Of a stretch of 64,000 nucleotides of DNA, positions 57,101 through 64,000 are shown one piece after another; position 1 is the first letter of the stretch; each line of letters starts with the position of its first letter. The translations under genes were made by a program, and so were the position numbers. The stretch is from Longilinea sp. (GTDB lineage Bacteria > Chloroflexota > Anaerolineae > Anaerolineales > Anaerolineaceae): positions 70,615 to 134,614 of the forward strand of contig DAOUHA010000012.1 in NCBI GenBank assembly GCA_034429015.1, written 5' to 3'. A model generated the notes under the pieces. The model did no database searches. It was not told the DNA's origin and saw only the letters and a program-made list of their open reading frames with translations.

Positions 57101-60088
57101 ATCAACCCGGATACAGGAGAACAGCAGTACAACCAGGTTTTGGATGAGGTTGCCAGCACGGATTTGACAACCGGCACGGATGGGAAAGCGCGGGTGGCAT
57201 TCACCCCGCCCGATCCTGGTGTCTACATGCTGCAGGTGCGCGGGAGCAGTGCGATCAGCCAGACCCAAGTCTGGGTGGGCGGATCAGGAGCCGCTGCCTG
57301 GCCGCGCAGTCCCAACCAGCGAATTCAACCACTGGCGAATGCCGATTTCTATAAACCCGGAGATACTGCCAGTATTTTCATCCCCAATTCACTCCCCGGT
57401 ACTGTGTTTGGTCTGGCTGCGATTGAACGGCGGAATGTAATCCACTGGGAAACCTTTTCGTTTGAAGGTTCCAGTTATACCATTGAATTGCCAATTACCG
57501 ACGAATATGCTCCCAATGTCTTCGTGTCCATTACTTTGATCAGCTATCCGGCTGGTCAAAAACCTGATTTTCTGATGGGCTATTTACCGCTGCAGGTGGA
57601 TGTCTCGCATGAATTGCTTGAAGTGGAAGTAAGCCCGGAAGCTGATCAATCCGGACCGGGCGAGGAGATGACCTACACAATCCATGCTGCTGACTCCCAG
57701 GGCAAGCCGGTACAGGCTGAATTTTCTTTCTCCCTGGTCGACAAGGCTGTCCTGGCATTGGCGGATCCCAACTCCGAGGTGATCGAGAAAGCGTTTTACG
57801 ATCCCTTCCCATTGGGTGTCTATTCCAGCCTGTCTTTGGCTTCATATAATTTGCGCTCGCTCCCTGCCCCAGCCGGCGGATTTGGCCGCGGCGGTGGAGG
57901 TGGTGAAGGGAGCGGAATCGTCCCGCCACCCACCCGTGAGGATTTTCGGGATACCGCATATTGGAATCCCTCCGTTGTGACAGATGACAATGGCACCGCC
58001 CAGGTGACATTGACCCTGCCCGACAACCTGACCACCTGGGTGGCTGATGTGCGCGGATTGACCACTGATGTCAAGGTTGGGTCAGACACCTGTGAATTGA
58101 TCACCACCAAACCGCTGCTTGTCCGCCCGGTTACGCCGCGCTTTTTGGTGCTTGGAGACCGTGTGGAGCTGGCTGCGATTGTTCATAACAACACATCCGG
58201 CACACTGGAAACCCAGGTTTTCCTCAATGGTGGAGGTTTTACTCTCGATGATCCGGCACAATCCATCCAGCCGGTGACCATTGAATCGGGCGGTCGGGTG
58301 CGGGTCAGCTGGTGGGGAAAAGTGGAAGGCACGGATTCCCTTGATCTGACATTTGGTGCAACCGCCGGTGATTACAACGACCTCACCAAACCAATCTGGG
58401 GAAAATTGCCGGTATTGCGTTATTCCTCTCCACAAACCTTTGGCACTGCAGGATTCCTAGCAACCGGCGGGGAGCGGTTGGAGATTGTCAGTCTGCCGCG
58501 TTCATACGAACCAACCGGAGCGGAATTGCAGCTTGAGGTGATGCCCTCACTGGCAGCTTCCATTCTTTCCGATTTGAGAGCCATTGAACCCTATGACCTG
58601 GATTACACCGAACCAGCTCTATCCACCTTGATGCCCAACCTGTCGGTATACAAAGCTCTGACCGATCTGGAACTCGACCGACCTGATCTGATGCCCGGCT
58701 TGCAGGATGCCATTATGGATGTCATCGAAAGGCTCGAGCGGATTCAAAATTCAGATGGCGGCTGGGGTTGGACAGCCAATAAAACCAGCAATTTATACCT
58801 GACGACCTATGCCCTCTTTGCCCTCAAAGAAGCCGAATTGACCGGCTTCTATGTCAAATCGGAAACGATGCCGGCTGCCCGGGATTATATTCTTTCAAAC
58901 CTGTATCCAGCGAAAATGGATGTGGATGACTGGCAGATCAACCAACTGGTGTTTATTGAATACACTCTCTCCCTGCTCGGCGAAAGTGACCGCCCGCTTG
59001 AAAATCTCTATACATTGCGGGAAAGGATGGATCCCTGGGCTAAGGCTTTGCTGGCATTATCCATTGCCCCCCAAAATCCCAGCATGGGAGATACCCTGCT
59101 CACGGATTTGAAATCCACAGCCTCCCGCGTCGCCACCGGGACATATTGGACGAATACAGTTGATGATTGGCATTGTTATTCCAGCTCGCTTTCCACTTCG
59201 GCTTTCGTGATCTATGCGCTGGCAAGAATGGATCCTGCATCCGATTTATTGGTGGATGCTGTACGCTACCTCTCACTAAATCGAAAAGCTACCGGCGGGT
59301 GGGGATCCAGTTATGAAAACGCCTGGATCATGTTCGCGCTGGTCCAATATTTGAAAGGCACCGGTGAATTAAAAGGAGATTATACCTGGCAGGCAACTCT
59401 GAACAGCACCCCCCTCGCCAACGGAGAGGTGTCCGGTGTGGATACATTGAACACGGTAAATGCTGCTGCAACCATTGATCAATTGCTGCGAAACGACCCC
59501 AACGCCCTGCGCCTGGAACGTTCTGAAGGAACCGGCAGATTATATTACCGGGCATATCTTCAGGTGGATCGTCCGGTGGAGACCATCCCGCCAGTCCAGC
59601 GCGGCATGACGATCGAACGGGTATATTACCCAATTGCCCAGAATTGCCGCCTGCCGGATTGCGAATCAACCTCGGAAGCCAGCCTAGGTGCTGAAAATCC
59701 AGTGCTGCTGGTGCGTCTGACTCTGACTGTGCCTGAGAATCTTTACTACGTGGTAGTCAAGGACATCATCCCAGCTGGTACGGAAGTGGTTAATGAAGCC
59801 CTGAAGACCACCCAGCAGGGCGAACAATCCGGTGAATTGGAAACCTACAATCCGGATGATCCCTTCGCCCGCGGTTGGGGTTGGTGGATTTTCGAGCAGC
59901 CGAAAATATACGATGACAGCATTCAGTGGATTGCAGAACAACTGCCCGCCGGCACCTACCAGTTGACATACAAATTGCTGCCCACACAGGCTGGTGAGTT
60001 TCGCGTGCTGCCTGCGCGTGCCTGGGAAAATTATTTCCCGGAAGTGGAAGCCGGCACTCCCGGAGAGATTTTCACCATCACTCCATAA
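54134..60088 (+). CDS. Alpha-2-macroglobulin family protein (bacterial A2M), thioester motif absent
   Basis: 1984 aa. N-terminal signal/anchor, Ig-like/MG domains, the REDFRDTAYWNP motif, and TED-like repeats (IQNSDGGWGW, ATGGWGSSYENAW). No CxEQ motif anywhere. Confidence 0.85.
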   Translation: MVIMVPPTSISSRRRLLFNGMAAIVVVLMLLSAACSLPFIRPKPTSTPEATTPHQVKPQKEDLPPMVVETMPLPKSALPADGRITLYFNQKMDTRSVEAALKVVPALGGKYKWSDDATLVFSPDKALSPGTELTLTLDTTAKAANGLALLNPVMFTFQSPAPLEASEMLPNNGSVDVSASSAIVVSFNQPVVALGAEAGDNPAAFTVDPPVEGTAEWLNTSTYILRPDPGLAGGTTYTVTLNQDLTSTAGTSLQDIPAWVFRTTLPRIIKTLPTEMPMDLDQSIEITFNQAMDATSTESATSIKNEAEIPVPGSFEWNDAGNILTWKPSGLLDYNENYVLNISTEALSFSGTPLENDHINRFQTVPALGLKSMYPRAGEPIQVYMGGYGSVSLEFTTPLLLNQDWEQMVTFSPPIEDAYYYGYNRSIYVSAFFTPDTAYTLIISSNLVDKWGRRMGNPISKNLRTSGLTPQLSILPIDMGPHILTIIPRETAIAAQATNLPGLDISMAAYNPQEAIIGENKDSSLMSLSPDMSWHQDLNLVPNRDQAISIDLQPDGSKLDPGLYIYHIFSYDARDFYGDKHFMAVVSRVQMLLKVSRETLFLWALNLRDDIPAAGEPVTVYDHDGTILAEGVTDADGILKVDLPPDRENFESIYAVMNEPGDDLFGMARTGMSVGIQPWQFGMSFNYSENEPSYYMYTDRPIYRPGQTVYFRIAAHNQSEGRYSIPDLSQVSFQLYSPYDVVTGTHTLMQTIDMELSPYGTASGEFTLPEDAAPGIYSLESTPSDDYQSITFQVAEYRKPEIDLSVESDVSQLLTGDDLNITADARYYFGAPAGSLPIHWAVYVRDDYFNIPGGYQVGKNDNWLRFCWFYCTQSWGGPLLEGDDYTDADGLFSLHVAGSDLAGVVDVENKQKIMVEFTITDESGFPVSARTEVTLHPDDFYIGIRSDAWSGAAESIMGFDILTVNWQGKPWGNLDLVATFSRVEWEEGGINPDTGEQQYNQVLDEVASTDLTTGTDGKARVAFTPPDPGVYMLQVRGSSAISQTQVWVGGSGAAAWPRSPNQRIQPLANADFYKPGDTASIFIPNSLPGTVFGLAAIERRNVIHWETFSFEGSSYTIELPITDEYAPNVFVSITLISYPAGQKPDFLMGYLPLQVDVSHELLEVEVSPEADQSGPGEEMTYTIHAADSQGKPVQAEFSFSLVDKAVLALADPNSEVIEKAFYDPFPLGVYSSLSLASYNLRSLPAPAGGFGRGGGGGEGSGIVPPPTREDFRDTAYWNPSVVTDDNGTAQVTLTLPDNLTTWVADVRGLTTDVKVGSDTCELITTKPLLVRPVTPRFLVLGDRVELAAIVHNNTSGTLETQVFLNGGGFTLDDPAQSIQPVTIESGGRVRVSWWGKVEGTDSLDLTFGATAGDYNDLTKPIWGKLPVLRYSSPQTFGTAGFLATGGERLEIVSLPRSYEPTGAELQLEVMPSLAASILSDLRAIEPYDLDYTEPALSTLMPNLSVYKALTDLELDRPDLMPGLQDAIMDVIERLERIQNSDGGWGWTANKTSNLYLTTYALFALKEAELTGFYVKSETMPAARDYILSNLYPAKMDVDDWQINQLVFIEYTLSLLGESDRPLENLYTLRERMDPWAKALLALSIAPQNPSMGDTLLTDLKSTASRVATGTYWTNTVDDWHCYSSSLSTSAFVIYALARMDPASDLLVDAVRYLSLNRKATGGWGSSYENAWIMFALVQYLKGTGELKGDYTWQATLNSTPLANGEVSGVDTLNTVNAAATIDQLLRNDPNALRLERSEGTGRLYYRAYLQVDRPVETIPPVQRGMTIERVYYPIAQNCRLPDCESTSEASLGAENPVLLVRLTLTVPENLYYVVVKDIIPAGTEVVNEALKTTQQGEQSGELETYNPDDPFARGWGWWIFEQPKIYDDSIQWIAEQLPAGTYQLTYKLLPTQAGEFRVLPARAWENYFPEVEAGTPGEIFTITP

Positions 60089-60099
60089 AAGATAAGGAG

Positions 60100-60609
60100 T
60101 TACATTAAACCATCTATTCGCCGGCTGAGTTCCTCAATTTGACGGAGCAAGTTCTCCACCTCATCCCTGGTCACTGGAGCGGATGTTTCACCATCTGCTC
60201 CAGTGTGCATTTCCTTTGACAGAAGCAGCTGGCGCATCCGATCCCCTTCCCCGCTTGAAAGCGTCCCATTCTTCACCAGGATATCAAGGCGCCGGATGAT
60301 CTCCGTCTCAACGACAGTTAATGGATTGATGAATGAATCCAGGGCGTACCTCAACTGGGAAATCGCTCCTTCCCCAGCCTGGATAGCCTGTCTGAGGATC
60401 TCCTTTGATAAACACGCTCCCTGCCGTCTTTCCTGGTCAAGCACGGTTTGCAACATGACCAGCGTGGTCAGGTCCGCTCCTGTGATGTGATCACGCACTT
60501 CAATTTCCTCCCCCTGGCGGATTAGTTCACCGAGTTCCTCCAGGGTAATATACCGGCTCTCCTGCGGATCGTACAGCTTGCGGTTGGTGTAACGTTTAAT
60601 CGTGCGCAT
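60100..60609 (-). CDS. PhaR-like regulator (PHB/PHA accumulation regulator DNA-binding domain)
   Basis: MRTIKRYTNRKLYDPQESRYITLEELGELI matches the PhaR N-terminal motif (KYPNRRLYDT..S.YITL). Start is at ATG 60609. Confidence 0.7.
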   Translation of the reverse strand: MRTIKRYTNRKLYDPQESRYITLEELGELIRQGEEIEVRDHITGADLTTLVMLQTVLDQERRQGACLSKEILRQAIQAGEGAISQLRYALDSFINPLTVVETEIIRRLDILVKNGTLSSGEGDRMRQLLLSKEMHTGADGETSAPVTRDEVENLLRQIEELSRRIDGLM

Positions 60610-60961
60610 GGCGGGATTTGGACAGCTCATCCAATTTATTCGCCAGTTCCTCCAGACGGGCATTGAGCATGTCAATATCCGCTCTGGTCACCGGCGCCGG
60701 CTGGCTGCGTTCCTGTTCCGCCTTGCGCTCGGTGGCTACCTTCTCCCGCTTTTCCAACACCTCACGAATCAAGTTGCGGGCGTCTTGTTCAGCCAATTCA
60801 CCCCGTTCCACCAATTTTTTAACGAATTCTTCAATTTCGTCCGAGGCAAGCATGGTCGCGCCCGCTGCTGCCAGCATCACCCGGCGCGCCAGGTCATACA
60901 GTGCGGCATGATGGGGATGTTTTTCAGCCATATTCTTATCTTCCACAGGTTCCGTGGTCAT
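60596..60961 (-). CDS. Phasin-like / PHA-granule-associated regulator-like coiled-coil protein
   Basis: 121 aa, alpha-helical. LASDEIEEFVKKLVERGELAEQDARNLIREVLEKRE is typical of the COG3937-type phasin family. AGGAG lies 8 nt before ATG 60961. Confidence 0.55.
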   Translation of the reverse strand: MTTEPVEDKNMAEKHPHHAALYDLARRVMLAAAGATMLASDEIEEFVKKLVERGELAEQDARNLIREVLEKREKVATERKAEQERSQPAPVTRADIDMLNARLEELANKLDELSKSRHAHD

Positions 60962-61088
60962 GATTGACTCTCCTGATCAAACCTTGATTGACGCAATGCG
61001 TCATACCATGATCATAACGCATCGCGTCATCATTTTCAATCCCCAATTTTTCATCAATTCAATAAGGGGTATGGTTTATAATATTCCC

Positions 61089-62423
61089 ATGACCAATGAG
61101 AATGGACTGAGCAAGCGTGAGCTGGATATTTTGGAGCTGGTTGCAACCGGGGCAAGCAACAAGGAAATCGCCCAGCAGCTTGTCATCAGTCCCAACACAG
61201 TCAAGGTGCACCTGAGGAACATTTTTACCAAAATCGGCGTCACCTCCCGCACCGAGGCGACCCTCTATGCCATGAAAATCGGATTGATCACTGGTCTGCC
61301 GCAGGTCTCAACCCCTGATGAAGCGATGGAACCCGGCACGGCGGTAACATCCACTCAAGCAGTCCTTCCATGGTATCGCAACTCAACCCGGATCACCTTT
61401 GTTGCGATTCTATCCATTGCATTATTAACAATCGGTGGATTAATCGGCAGGCAAATTTGGATTAATTCAGGCAGACTTTACCCGACCGAAACCATCAATC
61501 CCGCGGTTACAACGATTGACCGGTGGAGCACCGGATCGGATCTGCCAATCCCCTGTGAAGGCATGGCAATCGCCGGATACGAACGCCTCGCTTATTTCAT
61601 CTGTGGAAAGACGGATACGGGTGTGACCGGCAAGACCTATGCATTTGATCCCTCAGCTGACACCTGGGTGGAATGTGCGCCCAAACCCACTCCGGTGAGT
61701 GGGATCCAGGCAGTATTAATAGGGGAACGAATCTATGTGCCGGGTGGAACCCTGCCCGATGGAAAACCATCCGACAGGCTGGAGGTATACGACCCCCGCC
61801 AGGATGATTGGGAGATTTTAACATCCATCCCGCAGCCCCGTTCCGGTTATGCCCTGGCTGAGTTGGAGGGGCATTTGTACCTGTTTGGTGGCTGGGATGG
61901 CACCCGTATTGTTGATACGGTATTTGAGTACCTTCCCGTGGAAGACACCTGGGTGGAGCGCAGTTCCCTGCCAACTCCCCGCAGCCAATCAGCGGCGGTT
62001 ACCGTGGGAAGTAAAATTTTTGTCCTGGGTGGAACTGACGGTACCCAGCCGCTGACGAATAATGATGTATATTTTCCCCAGCGTGATCAGAACGGTGAAT
62101 CAGCCTGGGAACAAAAAGCACCCCTCCCGGACGGAAGGTATGCCATGGGTGCGGCTACCATGGTGGATGCAATTTATGTCTTCGGCGGGAAAGTGGACCA
62201 GGATGAGTTGGCTCCTGCCAGGTTGTTACAATATGCACCCGACAAGGATACTTGGATTGAAGCGGATGCAACTGAACAGGGTACAGTTTCGGGACTGGCG
62301 ATGCTTGCCTGGCAAACCCAGCTTCATCTGTTGGGGGGTATCAAAGCAGATTCAACCATCAGCCGCCAGCACTTGATTTATCAGGCAGTCTATACCATCC
62401 AGGTTCCGTTGATCATTCGTTGA
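61089..62423 (+). CDS. Membrane-tethered LuxR-family HTH regulator with a C-terminal Kelch-repeat beta-propeller
   Basis: LSKRELDILELVATGASNKEIAQQLVISPNTVKVHLRNIFTKIGV (LuxR HTH), one TM helix (ITFVAILSIALLTIGGLIG), and Kelch-like repeats (LYLFGGWDG, IFVLGGTDG, IYVFGG). The start is uncertain (61071 or 61089). Confidence 0.8.
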   Translation: MTNENGLSKRELDILELVATGASNKEIAQQLVISPNTVKVHLRNIFTKIGVTSRTEATLYAMKIGLITGLPQVSTPDEAMEPGTAVTSTQAVLPWYRNSTRITFVAILSIALLTIGGLIGRQIWINSGRLYPTETINPAVTTIDRWSTGSDLPIPCEGMAIAGYERLAYFICGKTDTGVTGKTYAFDPSADTWVECAPKPTPVSGIQAVLIGERIYVPGGTLPDGKPSDRLEVYDPRQDDWEILTSIPQPRSGYALAELEGHLYLFGGWDGTRIVDTVFEYLPVEDTWVERSSLPTPRSQSAAVTVGSKIFVLGGTDGTQPLTNNDVYFPQRDQNGESAWEQKAPLPDGRYAMGAATMVDAIYVFGGKVDQDELAPARLLQYAPDKDTWIEADATEQGTVSGLAMLAWQTQLHLLGGIKADSTISRQHLIYQAVYTIQVPLIIR

Positions 62424-62475
62424 TCTCTTCAGCGGAATGGTTCCCAAGGATGCCTTTCTGACTTGGCATAAAAAG

Positions 62476-62505
62476 ACATGGACTGGATGATCATCCAGTC
62501 CATGT
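62476..62505. terminator. Bidirectional terminator candidate (perfect 15-bp inverted repeat)
   Basis: ACATGGACTGGATGA|TCATCCAGTCCATGT lies between convergent genes. It is flanked by AAAAAG upstream and TATTT downstream. Confidence 0.55.
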
Positions 62506-62520
62506 TATTTCAATCACTTT

Positions 62521-63690
62521 TTAGTGGGTGTCAATAATTGCCTGCGCGGCTGAGACTCCGGCACCCGGCTCAAATTCATACCCACAACCGACCAGGGCAG
62601 TCTCCACTGCTCCCAAAACAGCCAGAATATCACCGGCACTCACCGAACCCATATGCCCCACACGGAAATATTCCGATTTAATGGCAGAGTGCAAACCACC
62701 TGCCAACGTCACACCCGCCCTGCCGGTCCGTGCCAGGAAATCAGCTCCTGCAACACCGGCTGGATAGCGTGGCGCTGTGAGTGTGTTGGCGGATATCTCC
62801 GGACGCACCGGTACTTCATTCAATCCCAGGGCAGCCATGCCTGCCTTGAAAGCCCGTGACAGCAGCACATGCCGGGCAAATCGGGCATCCATGCCCTCAG
62901 CCAGGATCTGCCCCAGACTGACATTTACTGCCCAGACGAGGTTGACCGCCGGGGTGGCAAAATAAGCTCCCTTTCGGGCTTCGTAGGCTTCCATGATGGG
63001 CAGCCAGTTCTTCCAGTCGGAATAATAACTGGCTACGGGAGTCTTGCGGGAATGGAAGGCTTCCATGGCACGCGGACGGGCAACCACCAGCGCCAGACCC
63101 GGAGGCGTTCCAACCGCTTTCTGGGAGGCGGTAAATGCCAGGTCCACATCCCACTCGGTCATACGCAGTTCCTCACCGGCTACCGAACAGACCCCATCCA
63201 CGACGATCATTGCCCCATGCCGGTGTGCCAGGGCTGCCAGGGGATGGATATTGGTCAGAACCGCGGTGGACGTATCCACATGGGTGACGAACATTGCCTT
63301 GTAATGTCCGGTGGACAAAGCCGCTTCCACTTCCTCCAACTTCGGACGGTCACCAACTGCGGTACGCACATGGGTGACTCTGGCTCCGTACCGGGCAAGG
63401 ATATCTCCCATCCGGTCGCCAAAATATCCTGTGTTAACCACCAGCACAGAATCACCCGGTTCCACCAGGTTGGCAGCGGCAGTATCCATGGCTAGCGTGC
63501 CGGATCCGGCAAGGATGAATGGCTGACCATCTTGAGCCAGAAAAACCATCCGCATTCGCTCCAACGCCTGACCAAACACCTCAATAAAATTGGGTGCCAC
63601 ATGGCTTGTTGTCGGAGCACCCAATGCTGCCAGGACTGCAGGTTCAAATTCAATGGGTCCGGGGATCATTAAAAGATTTCGATTTTTCAT
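62521..63690 (-). CDS. Class V aminotransferase (alanine-glyoxylate / serine-pyruvate aminotransferase family)
   Basis: 389 aa with MIPGPIEF at the N-terminus and SQKAVGTPPGL (PLP lysine). Confidence 0.85.
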   Translation of the reverse strand: MKNRNLLMIPGPIEFEPAVLAALGAPTTSHVAPNFIEVFGQALERMRMVFLAQDGQPFILAGSGTLAMDTAAANLVEPGDSVLVVNTGYFGDRMGDILARYGARVTHVRTAVGDRPKLEEVEAALSTGHYKAMFVTHVDTSTAVLTNIHPLAALAHRHGAMIVVDGVCSVAGEELRMTEWDVDLAFTASQKAVGTPPGLALVVARPRAMEAFHSRKTPVASYYSDWKNWLPIMEAYEARKGAYFATPAVNLVWAVNVSLGQILAEGMDARFARHVLLSRAFKAGMAALGLNEVPVRPEISANTLTAPRYPAGVAGADFLARTGRAGVTLAGGLHSAIKSEYFRVGHMGSVSAGDILAVLGAVETALVGCGYEFEPGAGVSAAQAIIDTH

Positions 63691-63728
63691 TTTTATCCTC
63701 TCAGGAATCTAAGGGATGGAAAATTGAG

Positions 63729-63998
63729 TCAAGGAACAAGCTGGGTGATCATCTCATCCAGTTGACCAAGCACGGCAGGAATTTCTTCAAGTTTAACATA
63801 AGGCTGGGCAATCTGCCAACCGGCATCCTCCAGCAAATCGCCAATCCTCACCCAGCTGGAGGACGAGGGAGCCGGCTGACTTTCCATGATCCAATCCAGT
63901 GCACTGTCCCATTGGGTATTCTGACGGCTGAAACTTTCCAGGGCAGCCATTGCCGATTCGGAAAGTGGAAATGTTCCACCTGCCTGAATCAACTTCAC
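63729..63998 (-). CDS. Hypothetical protein, probably 5'-truncated by the window edge
   Basis: The ORF runs to within 2 nt of the window end and its apparent start is only a GTG at the edge. No motif recognised. Confidence 0.3.
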   Translation of the reverse strand: MKLIQAGGTFPLSESAMAALESFSRQNTQWDSALDWIMESQPAPSSSSWVRIGDLLEDAGWQIAQPYVKLEEIPAVLGQLDEMITQLVP

Positions 63999-64000
63999 CT

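Noticed and set aside
54134-60088. Search for a CxEQ thioester in the A2M.
   Set aside because: I scanned all cysteines in the translation and none is followed by xEQ. The protein is therefore annotated as thioester-less rather than as a classical trapping A2M.

Overview
Gene-dense bacterial chromosomal window with about 55 CDS, read by eye from the sequence and the ORF track. All family assignments rest on recognised motifs and gene context, not on searches. I saw no rRNA, tRNA, CRISPR array, transposase or integrase. The protein repertoire (very large multi-GAF kinase, membrane-anchored TPR proteins, LuxR-Kelch, DUF4349) resembles Chloroflexota/Anaerolineae, but that is inference only.

Layout, left to right:
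1. SAM-I riboswitch, then metH and a fused homocysteine methyltransferase/MTHFR gene, followed by coaX and coaBC.
2. Assorted housekeeping and membrane genes.
3. A roughly 9.9-kb minus-strand operon (11552-21418) for a membrane-bound group 4 [NiFe]-hydrogenase. Its ten subunits mirror 11-subunit complex I (NuoJ,K,L,M/N,A,B,C,D,H,I homologues). The NuoD homologue keeps both Ni-Fe CxxC pairs and is followed by a HycI-type protease. I consider this the most interesting system in the window.
4. A DUF92-PEBP fusion gene, an MBL hydrolase and gdh.
5. A TPP-riboswitch-controlled thiamine salvage operon (thiN-thiB-thiP) with no ATPase gene.
6. A signalling operon: response regulator with a degenerate GGDEF domain, a 1963-1989-aa multi-GAF histidine kinase, a CheY-like regulator and a hydrolase.
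7. A roughly 14-kb plus-strand glycan locus: EPS-type MarR regulator, fcl, Wzm/Wzt, a KpsC/S-like protein, methyltransferases, and PseB-like, RmlD-like, NeuB-like and SpsF-like genes plus glycosyltransferases. It looks like an incomplete or non-canonical nonulosonic-acid pathway coupled to an ABC-transporter-dependent export route.
8. Two tandem TPR paralogues followed by a 1984-aa alpha-2-macroglobulin that lacks the thioester motif.
9. A PhaR-like/phasin-like pair lying divergent to a membrane-tethered LuxR-Kelch regulator.
10. A class V aminotransferase.
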